A DNA stretch of 32,000 nt from Puniceicoccales bacterium (GTDB taxonomy: Bacteria > Verrucomicrobiota > Verrucomicrobiia > Opitutales > LL51), in the NCBI GenBank assembly GCA_031283585.1, contig JAITBP010000011.1:1-32000 (forward strand), written 5' to 3'. Positions 1 to 6,446 of the stretch are shown here, one piece after another. The stretch's first letter is position 1. Each line of letters starts with the position of its first letter. A program made the position numbers and the translations under genes. The notes below the pieces were generated by a model, which was not told the DNA's origin, did not search any database, and saw nothing but the letters and a program-made list of their open reading frames with translations.

Positions 1-43
1 AACAGGCTCAAGAGTAAAAAGTAAAATCAACCTAGAATTAATC

Positions 44-119
44 TGGTGCGAGCGAAGGGGTTCGAACCCTCAACATCCACCTTGGCAAGGTGGCACTCTG
101 CCAATTGAGTTACGCTCGC
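44..119 (-). tRNA. tRNA-Gly (anticodon GCC)
   Basis: The reverse complement reads GCGAGCG...CGCTCGC-A-CCA, giving a 7-bp acceptor stem and an encoded CCA. The anticodon arm is CCACC-TTGCCAA-GGTGG and the T-arm is GAGGG-TTCGAAC-CCCTT. Length 76 nt. Confidence 0.93.
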
Positions 120-263
120 ATAAGATGATTCGTCAACTTGAAAATTAGTTGATCCCAGTCAAGGACAAACACATTTGAATTGCCACGAAATTTTAAGTGC
201 TTAGTGGTAAGATTGCGTTGATTCATCCGTTTTTCCGTTCGACTTTTTAAAACTAGATACAAC

Positions 264-734
264 ATGGCAGCCGAGATGAGTGATACCACATTTAAACCCA
301 TTGTTTATGAGCCCATACTGCAGTTTTCAATCATCCTTGATAACAAAATAGGCAAACTAAATGATCTGGTCCGGTTGTTCCATAATCACGATGAGCATAT
401 TCTGGCTATTTCAGTGATAGAACATGCGGATATCCATATCATCAGAACTATTCCAAGTTACCCAGAGGAAACAAAAGAATTACTCAAAGCCCATTCTATA
501 AATTTTGTTGAAACAAAACTTATTGGCATCGAGCTGGTATCGGTAACTGCCCTGACCAAGGTAATGCAAGCCATTGCCGAAGCCGAAATAAATATCAATT
601 ATATGTACTCTCTGCTTGTGCATAGATATGGCCATAGTGTCATAGTGGCCAGTGTGGATGATGCGCAGGCGGCTTCGACCATATTAAGACGCGTAGGGTT
701 ACGAATCCTAGGTCAAAGCGATATCATCAGATAA
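264..734 (+). CDS. ACT-domain (small-molecule binding) protein, tandem ACT-like halves
   Basis: 156-aa ORF with an ATG start. It has two beta-alpha-beta-beta-alpha-beta-like halves: ILQFSIILDNKIGKLNDLVRLF...ILAISV and LIGIELVSVTALTKVMQAIAEAEININYMYSL. These are typical of stand-alone ACT regulatory proteins. There is no catalytic motif. Confidence 0.55.
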   Translation: MAAEMSDTTFKPIVYEPILQFSIILDNKIGKLNDLVRLFHNHDEHILAISVIEHADIHIIRTIPSYPEETKELLKAHSINFVETKLIGIELVSVTALTKVMQAIAEAEININYMYSLLVHRYGHSVIVASVDDAQAASTILRRVGLRILGQSDIIR

Positions 735-750
735 TAATTTTATCGAATTT

Positions 751-2094
751 ATGTGGACGTTTTATGGAATATTTATACAATTAAAATCTATGAATGGATG
801 GACAAAATATATAGGGTTGGCTAGTTTATTAACACTATCTTTATGTACAAATAGTTATGGTTGCTGCTGTGGCTGTGGCTGTGGCTGCGACGTGGATCAA
901 TGTGATTGTGATGATGATGGCTGCGAAGTTTATTGTAGTTGCAATTGTAAATGCGACCATTGTGACGACGTTAATAACAAAAAAATATGTCCGATACCTG
1001 TTGGCATTAATAACAAAAAAATATGTGTGATGCCTGACGACGTTAATAACAAAAAGGTGTGCCCGATACCTGTTGGCATTAATAACAAAAAAATATGTGT
1101 GATGCCTGACGACGTTAATAACAAAAAAATATGCCCGATACCTGTTGGCATTAATAACAAAAAGGTGCATGAGGTAGCTGAATTATGGATGACTCACAGA
1201 AATCATGACGATAATCTCGATTCGGTGGCATTTTGGGATAACAAGATTTACGTCACAGCAAAAGATAGTCATGCCATCCATGTCTATGACGCTAGGAATG
1301 GTATCTATCTTGATAAATTTGGTGGGATGGGTGATGAGTTCGGTCGCATGAATAGGCCAAATGGAATCGCGGCTATTGATAGCATGATCTTTGTTACCGA
1401 AAGAAATAATGGCAGAGTTCAGGTATTTTCCATTCCTGAAAATTCTTCTTCAAATTTTACCCAGGAGTCCATCATGGATTACACGTCAGTGTGTACCTTT
1501 GGAGAAGAGGTTCTTTTAAGACCCTATGGTATTTTTGCCTGTAAAATAAATGGTTATTACGTGATATATGTTACCGATGATGGCAAGTTCAAGGGGTCAG
1601 AAAATGACAATTATAGAAGAGTAGTTGTATTTGTCATGAATAGCGAAATGGATCAGGTCGACCCAGCAAAATTGGGATTACCCGATGAATTTGGTGCGGG
1701 TAAGTTTGAAAAGCTTGAGTCAATTTACGGAAATCTTTGCGATGGAACCCTATTGATTGCCGATGAGGGCACCAATGAATTGCTTCTTTTTTCAATTTTC
1801 GGTAAATATTTAGGTAAAAAAATTACCAGTGAATTTTTCACAGAGGGGGAACCCGAGGGCATTTGGTTTTTTAGAAAAAATGGCAAATCCTATTGGCTTT
1901 CAGCTGAACAGAGGGTGAAAAAAACGACGATATTCCATGTTTTCGATGGCGACCTTAACCACGTGAAATCTTTTTCAGGTTTATATACAAAAAATACCGA
2001 TGGCGTATGTATTGCTGAAACTAAAAATGGTCTGACTCTATTTGCGGTTAATGATGACCAGGCCGTGACTGCGTTTTCGCTAGATTTTATATAA
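751..2094 (+). CDS. Secreted/lipoprotein-like cysteine-rich tandem-repeat protein with C-terminal beta-propeller (phytase/NHL-like) domain
   Basis: 447-aa ORF; the alternative ATG at 790 gives MNGWTKYIGLASLLTLSLC, a signal peptide with a lipobox-like LSLC. Next comes a 14-Cys cluster, CCCGCGCGCDVDQCDCDDDGCEVYCSCNCKCDHCDD, followed by six 12-aa Cys-periodic units (NNKK[IV]C...). The C-terminal ~280 aa carry propeller-blade-like motifs: FGRMNRPNGIAAIDSMIFVTERNNGRVQVF, LESIYGNLCDGTLLIADEG, EPEGIWFF..YWLSAEQ, TDGVCIAE..LFAVNDD. The start codon is uncertain. Confidence 0.7.
   Translation: MWTFYGIFIQLKSMNGWTKYIGLASLLTLSLCTNSYGCCCGCGCGCDVDQCDCDDDGCEVYCSCNCKCDHCDDVNNKKICPIPVGINNKKICVMPDDVNNKKVCPIPVGINNKKICVMPDDVNNKKICPIPVGINNKKVHEVAELWMTHRNHDDNLDSVAFWDNKIYVTAKDSHAIHVYDARNGIYLDKFGGMGDEFGRMNRPNGIAAIDSMIFVTERNNGRVQVFSIPENSSSNFTQESIMDYTSVCTFGEEVLLRPYGIFACKINGYYVIYVTDDGKFKGSENDNYRRVVVFVMNSEMDQVDPAKLGLPDEFGAGKFEKLESIYGNLCDGTLLIADEGTNELLLFSIFGKYLGKKITSEFFTEGEPEGIWFFRKNGKSYWLSAEQRVKKTTIFHVFDGDLNHVKSFSGLYTKNTDGVCIAETKNGLTLFAVNDDQAVTAFSLDFI
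964..1167 (+). repeat. In-frame 72-nt tandem repeat (about 2.8 copies) with 36-nt sub-period
   Basis: gacgacgtt recurs at 964, 1036 and 1108. The core ttaataacaaaaa[a/g][a/g]t[a/g]tg occurs 6 times at 36-nt spacing. It encodes DDVNNKK[IV]CPIPVGINNKK[IV]CVMP and contains A7 and A5 tracts. Confidence 0.95.
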
Positions 2095-2149
2095 ACAATA
2101 GGTAAATATTAATTGCAAAGAAAAGTTTTTAACATAAAAATTGCATTCT

Positions 2150-3871
2150 ATGTACTTATGGCGTAAAATATTGTTAACGATTTGTTTTCTATACGTCGGC
2201 ACAGTAACTAATAATGCTGAAATAAAGTTAACAATAGTTACAAGTGATGATGAGAGAATTAAGCTGAAGAAGGTTGTTACAAAAAGCAAGAGGCTCAACA
2301 ATTTTCTAAAATCCAAAAATCGAATTGTGTTAAAAATTCCGTTAGAATACGAAAGAGCATTGCTGTTTGCTGTTGAAATATTTCGTATGGCCACCGAAGC
2401 TTCCGAAAATAACGAAAGTATATCCGGTGCAAAAATTTATGAAACCGATTTGATAAGTGATAACGGAGATCTGCTTCCTCTGAGTGAAGAAGACGACATA
2501 CCTTGTTATTGTAAAATTTGCAGTGAATATTTTGACCGCATTTCCTGCGATTATGTGGATAAACATATTGTATTTTTTGCGCCAGAAGATAAGGGAATTG
2601 TATGTTTTATCTCGAAACAGATGGTTACTATTGGTTGTGGATGCAGTCCGTCATGTGACATAGACAAGTATTATAAAACAAAAAAATGTTCCAGTTGGGA
2701 GGATATATATAATGAACTGGAGGGTATGGATGATGCGCTTTGGTTGCTAAAGTCCAGTACTGATTTGGGTGGCACTGACCTATGTATTGCTCTAAAGGAC
2801 AATGATCTGGATCAATATTCCGAGTCGCCATCCGATGCGTTGTATGAGGCCGAGTCACTGCCCGATGTGCCTGAATCCACTTCTGAATTAACCAGTGGAG
2901 TGCCTAGAAGTTATTCAACGCTTAAAATTGTACCAAATGGAAAAGGCAAAAAGAGTAAGAAGAGCAAAAAAGATAAAAAAGATAAAGAAAGATCTGTACC
3001 AGACACCTATGTTAATGATCCGGTGGAGGAAGTTGACCAGGAGGAAAAAGAATCATCCTGTTGTTGTATACCCAAGTGTTTGAAATCGAAGACAGCTATC
3101 GCATGTTATGTTGGTATAGCGGGTATTGCCTGTGCCGGAGCGTTGTATTATAATTGGCCAGAGGTCGCTAGTTGGGCAAATTCGTTCGGTAGCAGTGCAG
3201 CCGGCGCATTAAAATCCGCGGCAACTAGTGTTTCTCATGGCTGTATGGTTGCGGCTGATAAAACAAAAGATTTTTTTTGCAATTCATGGAAATTTATTAC
3301 CGGCATTGGTAGCCTAGGCTTTTTTGGATCCAATGATCAGCCAAGTCATCCTTCTTGTGATATTCCTACCAATGAAATTCAGCCAAGTAGCAATAAATAT
3401 GTAAGTTGTTCTTGTAATATTCCTATCAATGAAATTCTGCCAAATAGCAATAAATATGTAAGTCGTTCTTGTAATGTTCCTACCAATGAAATTCTGCCAA
3501 GTAGCAATAAATATGTAAGTCGTTCTTGTAATGTTCCTACCAATGAAATTCCGTCAAGTAGCAATAAATATGTAGGTTGTTCTTGTAATGTTCCTACCAA
3601 TGAAATTCCGTCAAGTAGCAATAAATATGTAGGTTGTTCTTGTAATATTCCTACCAATGAAATTCCGCCAAGTAGCAATAAATATGTAAGTCGTTCTTGT
3701 GATATTCCTACCAATGAAGTTCCGCCAAGTAGCAATAAATATGTAAGGCGTTCTTGTGATATTCCTACCAATGAAGTTCCTCCAAGTAGCAATAAATATG
3801 TCAATTGTAAAAAATATGTCATGTGTAGTAATGATTGGCAATGTACAGATATTAATTTATGTAAAAAATAG
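2150..3871 (+). CDS. Hypothetical membrane-associated repeat protein (signal peptide, Cys-containing N-domain, acidic and poly-Lys tracts, one TM helix, 8 x 19-aa C-terminal repeats)
   Basis: The ORF is open from TTG 2141; ATG 2150 gives MYLWRKILLTICFLYVGTVTNNA, which is signal-peptide-like. It contains a KGKKSKKSKKDKKDKE tract and CCCIPKC followed by the hydrophobic helix AIACYVGIAGIACAGALYY. It then has eight repeats of SC[ND][IV]P[TI]NE[IV]xPxSNKYVxx and a Cys-rich tail, KKYVMCSNDWQCTDINLCKK. I recognise no family. Confidence 0.7.
   Translation: MYLWRKILLTICFLYVGTVTNNAEIKLTIVTSDDERIKLKKVVTKSKRLNNFLKSKNRIVLKIPLEYERALLFAVEIFRMATEASENNESISGAKIYETDLISDNGDLLPLSEEDDIPCYCKICSEYFDRISCDYVDKHIVFFAPEDKGIVCFISKQMVTIGCGCSPSCDIDKYYKTKKCSSWEDIYNELEGMDDALWLLKSSTDLGGTDLCIALKDNDLDQYSESPSDALYEAESLPDVPESTSELTSGVPRSYSTLKIVPNGKGKKSKKSKKDKKDKERSVPDTYVNDPVEEVDQEEKESSCCCIPKCLKSKTAIACYVGIAGIACAGALYYNWPEVASWANSFGSSAAGALKSAATSVSHGCMVAADKTKDFFCNSWKFITGIGSLGFFGSNDQPSHPSCDIPTNEIQPSSNKYVSCSCNIPINEILPNSNKYVSRSCNVPTNEILPSSNKYVSRSCNVPTNEIPSSSNKYVGCSCNVPTNEIPSSSNKYVGCSCNIPTNEIPPSSNKYVSRSCDIPTNEVPPSSNKYVRRSCDIPTNEVPPSSNKYVNCKKYVMCSNDWQCTDINLCKK
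3353..3808 (+). repeat. In-frame 57-nt tandem repeat, 8 copies
   Basis: Units start at 3353, 3410, 3467, 3524, 3581, 3638, 3695 and 3752. The copies at 3524-3580 and 3581-3637 are identical 57-mers; the others differ by a few substitutions. A degenerate partial unit follows (KKYVMC). Confidence 0.97.
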
Positions 3872-3941
3872 CGGTATGAGGATGTTAGGTGATCACTTAG
3901 ATCTTTAAAAGCCATATAATTTGATTAGCATTCAAATCACC

Positions 3942-5933
3942 ATGGGTATCATAAGTTTTCTCAGATCATTATTATCAAGCAGTGTTGCTGCGACTAATCT
4001 CCTAACTAAAATTCCAAAAAGCGCGCTGCTGGAGAGCTCTATTGAAAATATTAAAGAATGGTATGAGTGTGGAAACTCCCAGGCAATTGTCCATGAAGCG
4101 ATCGGCGAGCTTGTTGAAGCAGGTGAGTTCAATGAATTAAATGACAGGTTTTTTAAAACACTTACCTTTGGAACCGGAGGTATCCGCGGGAGGACCATAT
4201 CTGGCTATATTACAAAGGCTGAAATTGGCAATGGATCGAAGATTTTACCAGAATTTCCTGCCATTGGCAGTGCCTGTCTGAATCACTTCAATGTCATTCG
4301 AGCTACCATTGCATTGCATGAATACTGCAAGAAAGTGGCGGTTTCCCAGGGCCGTGAAATGCTGTTGGTTGTGGCCTATGACGTGAGGTTTTTTTCAAAA
4401 TTATTTGCAGAAATAACGGCAAAAACCTGGGAATACCTTGGCGGTAAAGCAATGATTTTCGATGGACCCAGGTCCACTCCTCAGCTTAGTTTTTCCGTTA
4501 GATATTTCAGGGCCATGGCTGGTGTTGTTATTACCGCTAGCCACAATCCCTATTACGATAACGGTTATAAGGCCTATTTTGCAGATGGAGCCCAGGTAAT
4601 TGACCCTCAGGCTGCTGCCATAATAGAGAATTTTTCCAAGCTGAAGTTGGCGGATAGCATGGCCATATTTAAAGCCATCGAAGCCAAAGAGTTTACTAAT
4701 ACCGTATCCGGTAAAGACGAAGAGCGCTATGTCCAGGTGGTGAAGGATTCGGTTCTAGACAGAGCTTCATTGAAGAATTGTGCCAAAAAAGTTGTGTTTA
4801 CTCCATTGCATGGAACCGGTGGTGTGGTAGCTGTGCCTGCATTGCAATCTCTTGGAGTCGAAGTAATCTGTGTGGAAGAACAAATGAAGCAGGATCCTGG
4901 GTTCAGCACAGTAAAGTCTCCGAATCCGGAAAATTTCGATTCTCTAAAGCTGGCGATAGATAGGGCTAAAGCCACTGGAGCTGACCTGGTAATTGCCACT
5001 GATCCGGATGCCGATCGCATGGCCATTGCTGCCAAAAACAATGACGGAGAGTTTGAAAAATTTTCCGGAAATCTGACCGCATCGCTTTTGCTCGAATATC
5101 GGATTAGAAAAATGAAAGAGCTTGGAATTTTACCGAAGGATGGCTCCAAAAACGCCGTGGTGCTGAAAACGTTTGTAACCACACCGCTGGTAGAAAAAAT
5201 AGCCATTAGTCATGGATTGAAGTGTGTAAATACACTCACTGGGTTTAAATGGATTGGTAGTAAAATCAACAACTATGCGCTGGGTTTAATGGAAAAGGTT
5301 GGTAATGTCCACGATGGTTATGACGATATCGAACTGGATGAAAGAAGAAAGCTTCTGCTCCAGCATAGCCAATTTTGTATCTTTGGCTGCGAAGAGAGCT
5401 ACGGTTGTCTAGCCAGCGATTTGGTCCGAGATAAGGATGCCAATGCCGCCGCAGCGATGGTCTGTGAAATGCTGGCCGAGCTGGACAAAAAGTCCATAAC
5501 ACTGATGGACTTTCGTATGGAAATTTATTCTACCTATGGCTACTATGACGACACATTGTTGAATATATATTATGAAGGCGCCAGCGGTGTAGCCAGGATT
5601 AAGAATATTTTGAGCTCCTATAGAAAAAATCCGCCGGAAACGGTGGCTGGCCAGAAGGTTTTAAAGATCCAGGATTTCCTGAATGATCCTATCCTAGATG
5701 CGGACGGTTGTCATGTACCCAGGGAGGATTTTCTATTTCTAGAGCTGGAAAATGGCGATACCTATGCGGTGCGCGGAAGCGGTACCGAGCCGAAAATAAA
5801 ATTTTATATATTTTGCCATGGGGAAGGTGCAGGTTATGGAACCGAAATCGATGTCGTTGGCAAAATAAAATCTAGGCTCGATGCCCTGAAGGGTTTTTTA
5901 GAGGCCGATGCAGAAGTCCGTTCGGCTGGTTAA
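3942..5933 (+). CDS. Phosphoglucomutase/phosphomannomutase-family phospho-sugar mutase (alpha-D-phosphohexomutase)
   Basis: Motifs seen: TFGTGGIRG; active-site phosphoserine loop ITASHNPYYDNGYKAY; Mg-binding loop ATDPDADRMA; sugar-binding loop GCEESYG; C-terminal phosphate-binding RGSGTEPKIKFY. The start is uncertain (TTG 3921 or ATG 3942). Either gives a Ser-rich N-terminal extension of about 35 aa compared with PgcA-type enzymes as I remember them. Confidence 0.9.
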   Translation: MGIISFLRSLLSSSVAATNLLTKIPKSALLESSIENIKEWYECGNSQAIVHEAIGELVEAGEFNELNDRFFKTLTFGTGGIRGRTISGYITKAEIGNGSKILPEFPAIGSACLNHFNVIRATIALHEYCKKVAVSQGREMLLVVAYDVRFFSKLFAEITAKTWEYLGGKAMIFDGPRSTPQLSFSVRYFRAMAGVVITASHNPYYDNGYKAYFADGAQVIDPQAAAIIENFSKLKLADSMAIFKAIEAKEFTNTVSGKDEERYVQVVKDSVLDRASLKNCAKKVVFTPLHGTGGVVAVPALQSLGVEVICVEEQMKQDPGFSTVKSPNPENFDSLKLAIDRAKATGADLVIATDPDADRMAIAAKNNDGEFEKFSGNLTASLLLEYRIRKMKELGILPKDGSKNAVVLKTFVTTPLVEKIAISHGLKCVNTLTGFKWIGSKINNYALGLMEKVGNVHDGYDDIELDERRKLLLQHSQFCIFGCEESYGCLASDLVRDKDANAAAAMVCEMLAELDKKSITLMDFRMEIYSTYGYYDDTLLNIYYEGASGVARIKNILSSYRKNPPETVAGQKVLKIQDFLNDPILDADGCHVPREDFLFLELENGDTYAVRGSGTEPKIKFYIFCHGEGAGYGTEIDVVGKIKSRLDALKGFLEADAEVRSAG

Positions 5934-5976
5934 CATCGGGATTATTTTTATTTTTGATAAACTTTGGCTCTTTCTC

Positions 5977-6005
5977 TTGACCTGATGGTGAAGTTTCCTT
6001 AGAAA
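5977..6005 (+). promoter_or_regulatory. Candidate sigma70-type promoter for tRNA-Ser
   Basis: TTGACC (5977-5982), a 17-nt spacer, then TAGAAA (6000-6005), ending 10 nt upstream of the mature tRNA 5' end at 6016. Confidence 0.45.
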
Positions 6006-6015
6006 TTGGCGGTCT

Positions 6016-6108
6016 GGAGAGATGGCTGAGTGGTCGAAAGCGCCTTCCTGCTAAGAAGGTAGCCTCATAAAACGGGGCTCGAGGGTTCGAATCCCTCTCT
6101 CTCCGCCA
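6016..6108 (+). tRNA. tRNA-Ser (anticodon GCU)
   Basis: GGAGAGA...TCTCTCC-G-CCA acceptor stem with encoded CCA. The anticodon arm is CCTTC-CTGCTAA-GAAGG. It has a long variable arm and the T-arm GAGGGTTCGAATCCCTC. The 93-nt length is typical of a class II tRNA. Confidence 0.93.
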
Positions 6109-6392
6109 GAGCGGTTACCTTTTAATCGGACTAGTGTTCGAAGATTTTGTAGACCAGGATTGAAGACTAACCACCATATTATCCTGAACGACACCATGTA
6201 TTTAGTAACCTCGTGAATACAAAAGAAAAACATCTTGCTAACGGTTTTGTTAGGATTGCCTGGTCCTGTCAAAGCCAGGTTTATATTCTAAAATGGGCCG
6301 TTACAGATAAATATGGCCAACCCTATTCCCTGGTGTTGCCATTGGTGCAAATATTGTTATTATTTATAGTCGAAAAAAGTTCTAAAAATACG

Positions 6393-6422
6393 TTGAAAAA
6401 ATAAAATTAGGGAATTTATATA
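6393..6422 (+). promoter_or_regulatory. Candidate promoter of the amino-acid ABC transporter operon
   Basis: TTGAAA (6393-6398), an 18-nt spacer, then TATATA (6417-6422). A GGAG lies about 10 nt upstream of the GTG start at 6447. Confidence 0.3.
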
Positions 6423-6446
6423 TGAAGCAAATGGAGCTATTGTGAG

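Noticed and set aside
110-301. 63-aa minus-strand ORF overlapping tRNA-Gly and the start of the ACT gene
   Set aside because: It overlaps a well-formed tRNA and the 5' end of a better-supported CDS, and has no motif.
841-1170. Minus-strand ORFs 841-1170 (109 aa) and 930-1160 (76 aa) with their own internal repeats
   Set aside because: They lie entirely antisense to the 72-nt repeat of the 751-2094 gene. Their open frames and repeats are a mirror effect of the periodic AT-rich sequence. They have no independent start context or motif.
2080-2394. 104-aa minus-strand ORF spanning the intergenic region between the two repeat-protein genes
   Set aside because: It is AT-rich and low-complexity (Leu/Ile/Phe/Asn). 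It overlaps the signal-peptide-encoding 5' end of the 2150-3871 gene. It is most likely a chance ORF in AT-rich DNA.
3353-3808. Possible CRISPR array or multi-core RiPP precursor
   Set aside because: The repeats are directly head-to-tail with no unique spacers and lie in frame inside a 570-aa membrane protein, so this is not a CRISPR array. No cas genes are present. For a RiPP, there is no short leader-core precursor and no adjacent maturation enzyme (radical SAM, YcaO, protease, LanM-like); the next gene is a phosphohexomutase.
3379-3915. Minus-strand ORFs 3379-3915 (178 aa, LTYLLLLGG... repeats) and 3611-3841
   Set aside because: They are antisense shadows of the 57-nt repeat array. Repetition without stops propagates to other frames. 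The plus-strand frame is continuous with a long upstream ORF that has a signal peptide and TM helix, so it is the better model.
6213-6404. 63-aa ORF in the tRNA-Ser / SBP intergenic region
   Set aside because: It has no Shine-Dalgarno-like sequence and no recognisable domain, and its composition resembles the surrounding non-coding DNA. It is kept only as part of the intergenic-gap observation.
1-6446. Genomic island or prophage integrated at tRNA-Gly or tRNA-Ser
   Set aside because: There is no integrase, recombinase, transposase or phage-like ORF, and I could find no direct repeat of either tRNA 3' end. The AT-rich repeat-protein locus is separated from tRNA-Gly by a conserved-looking ACT gene and is followed by a housekeeping mutase.
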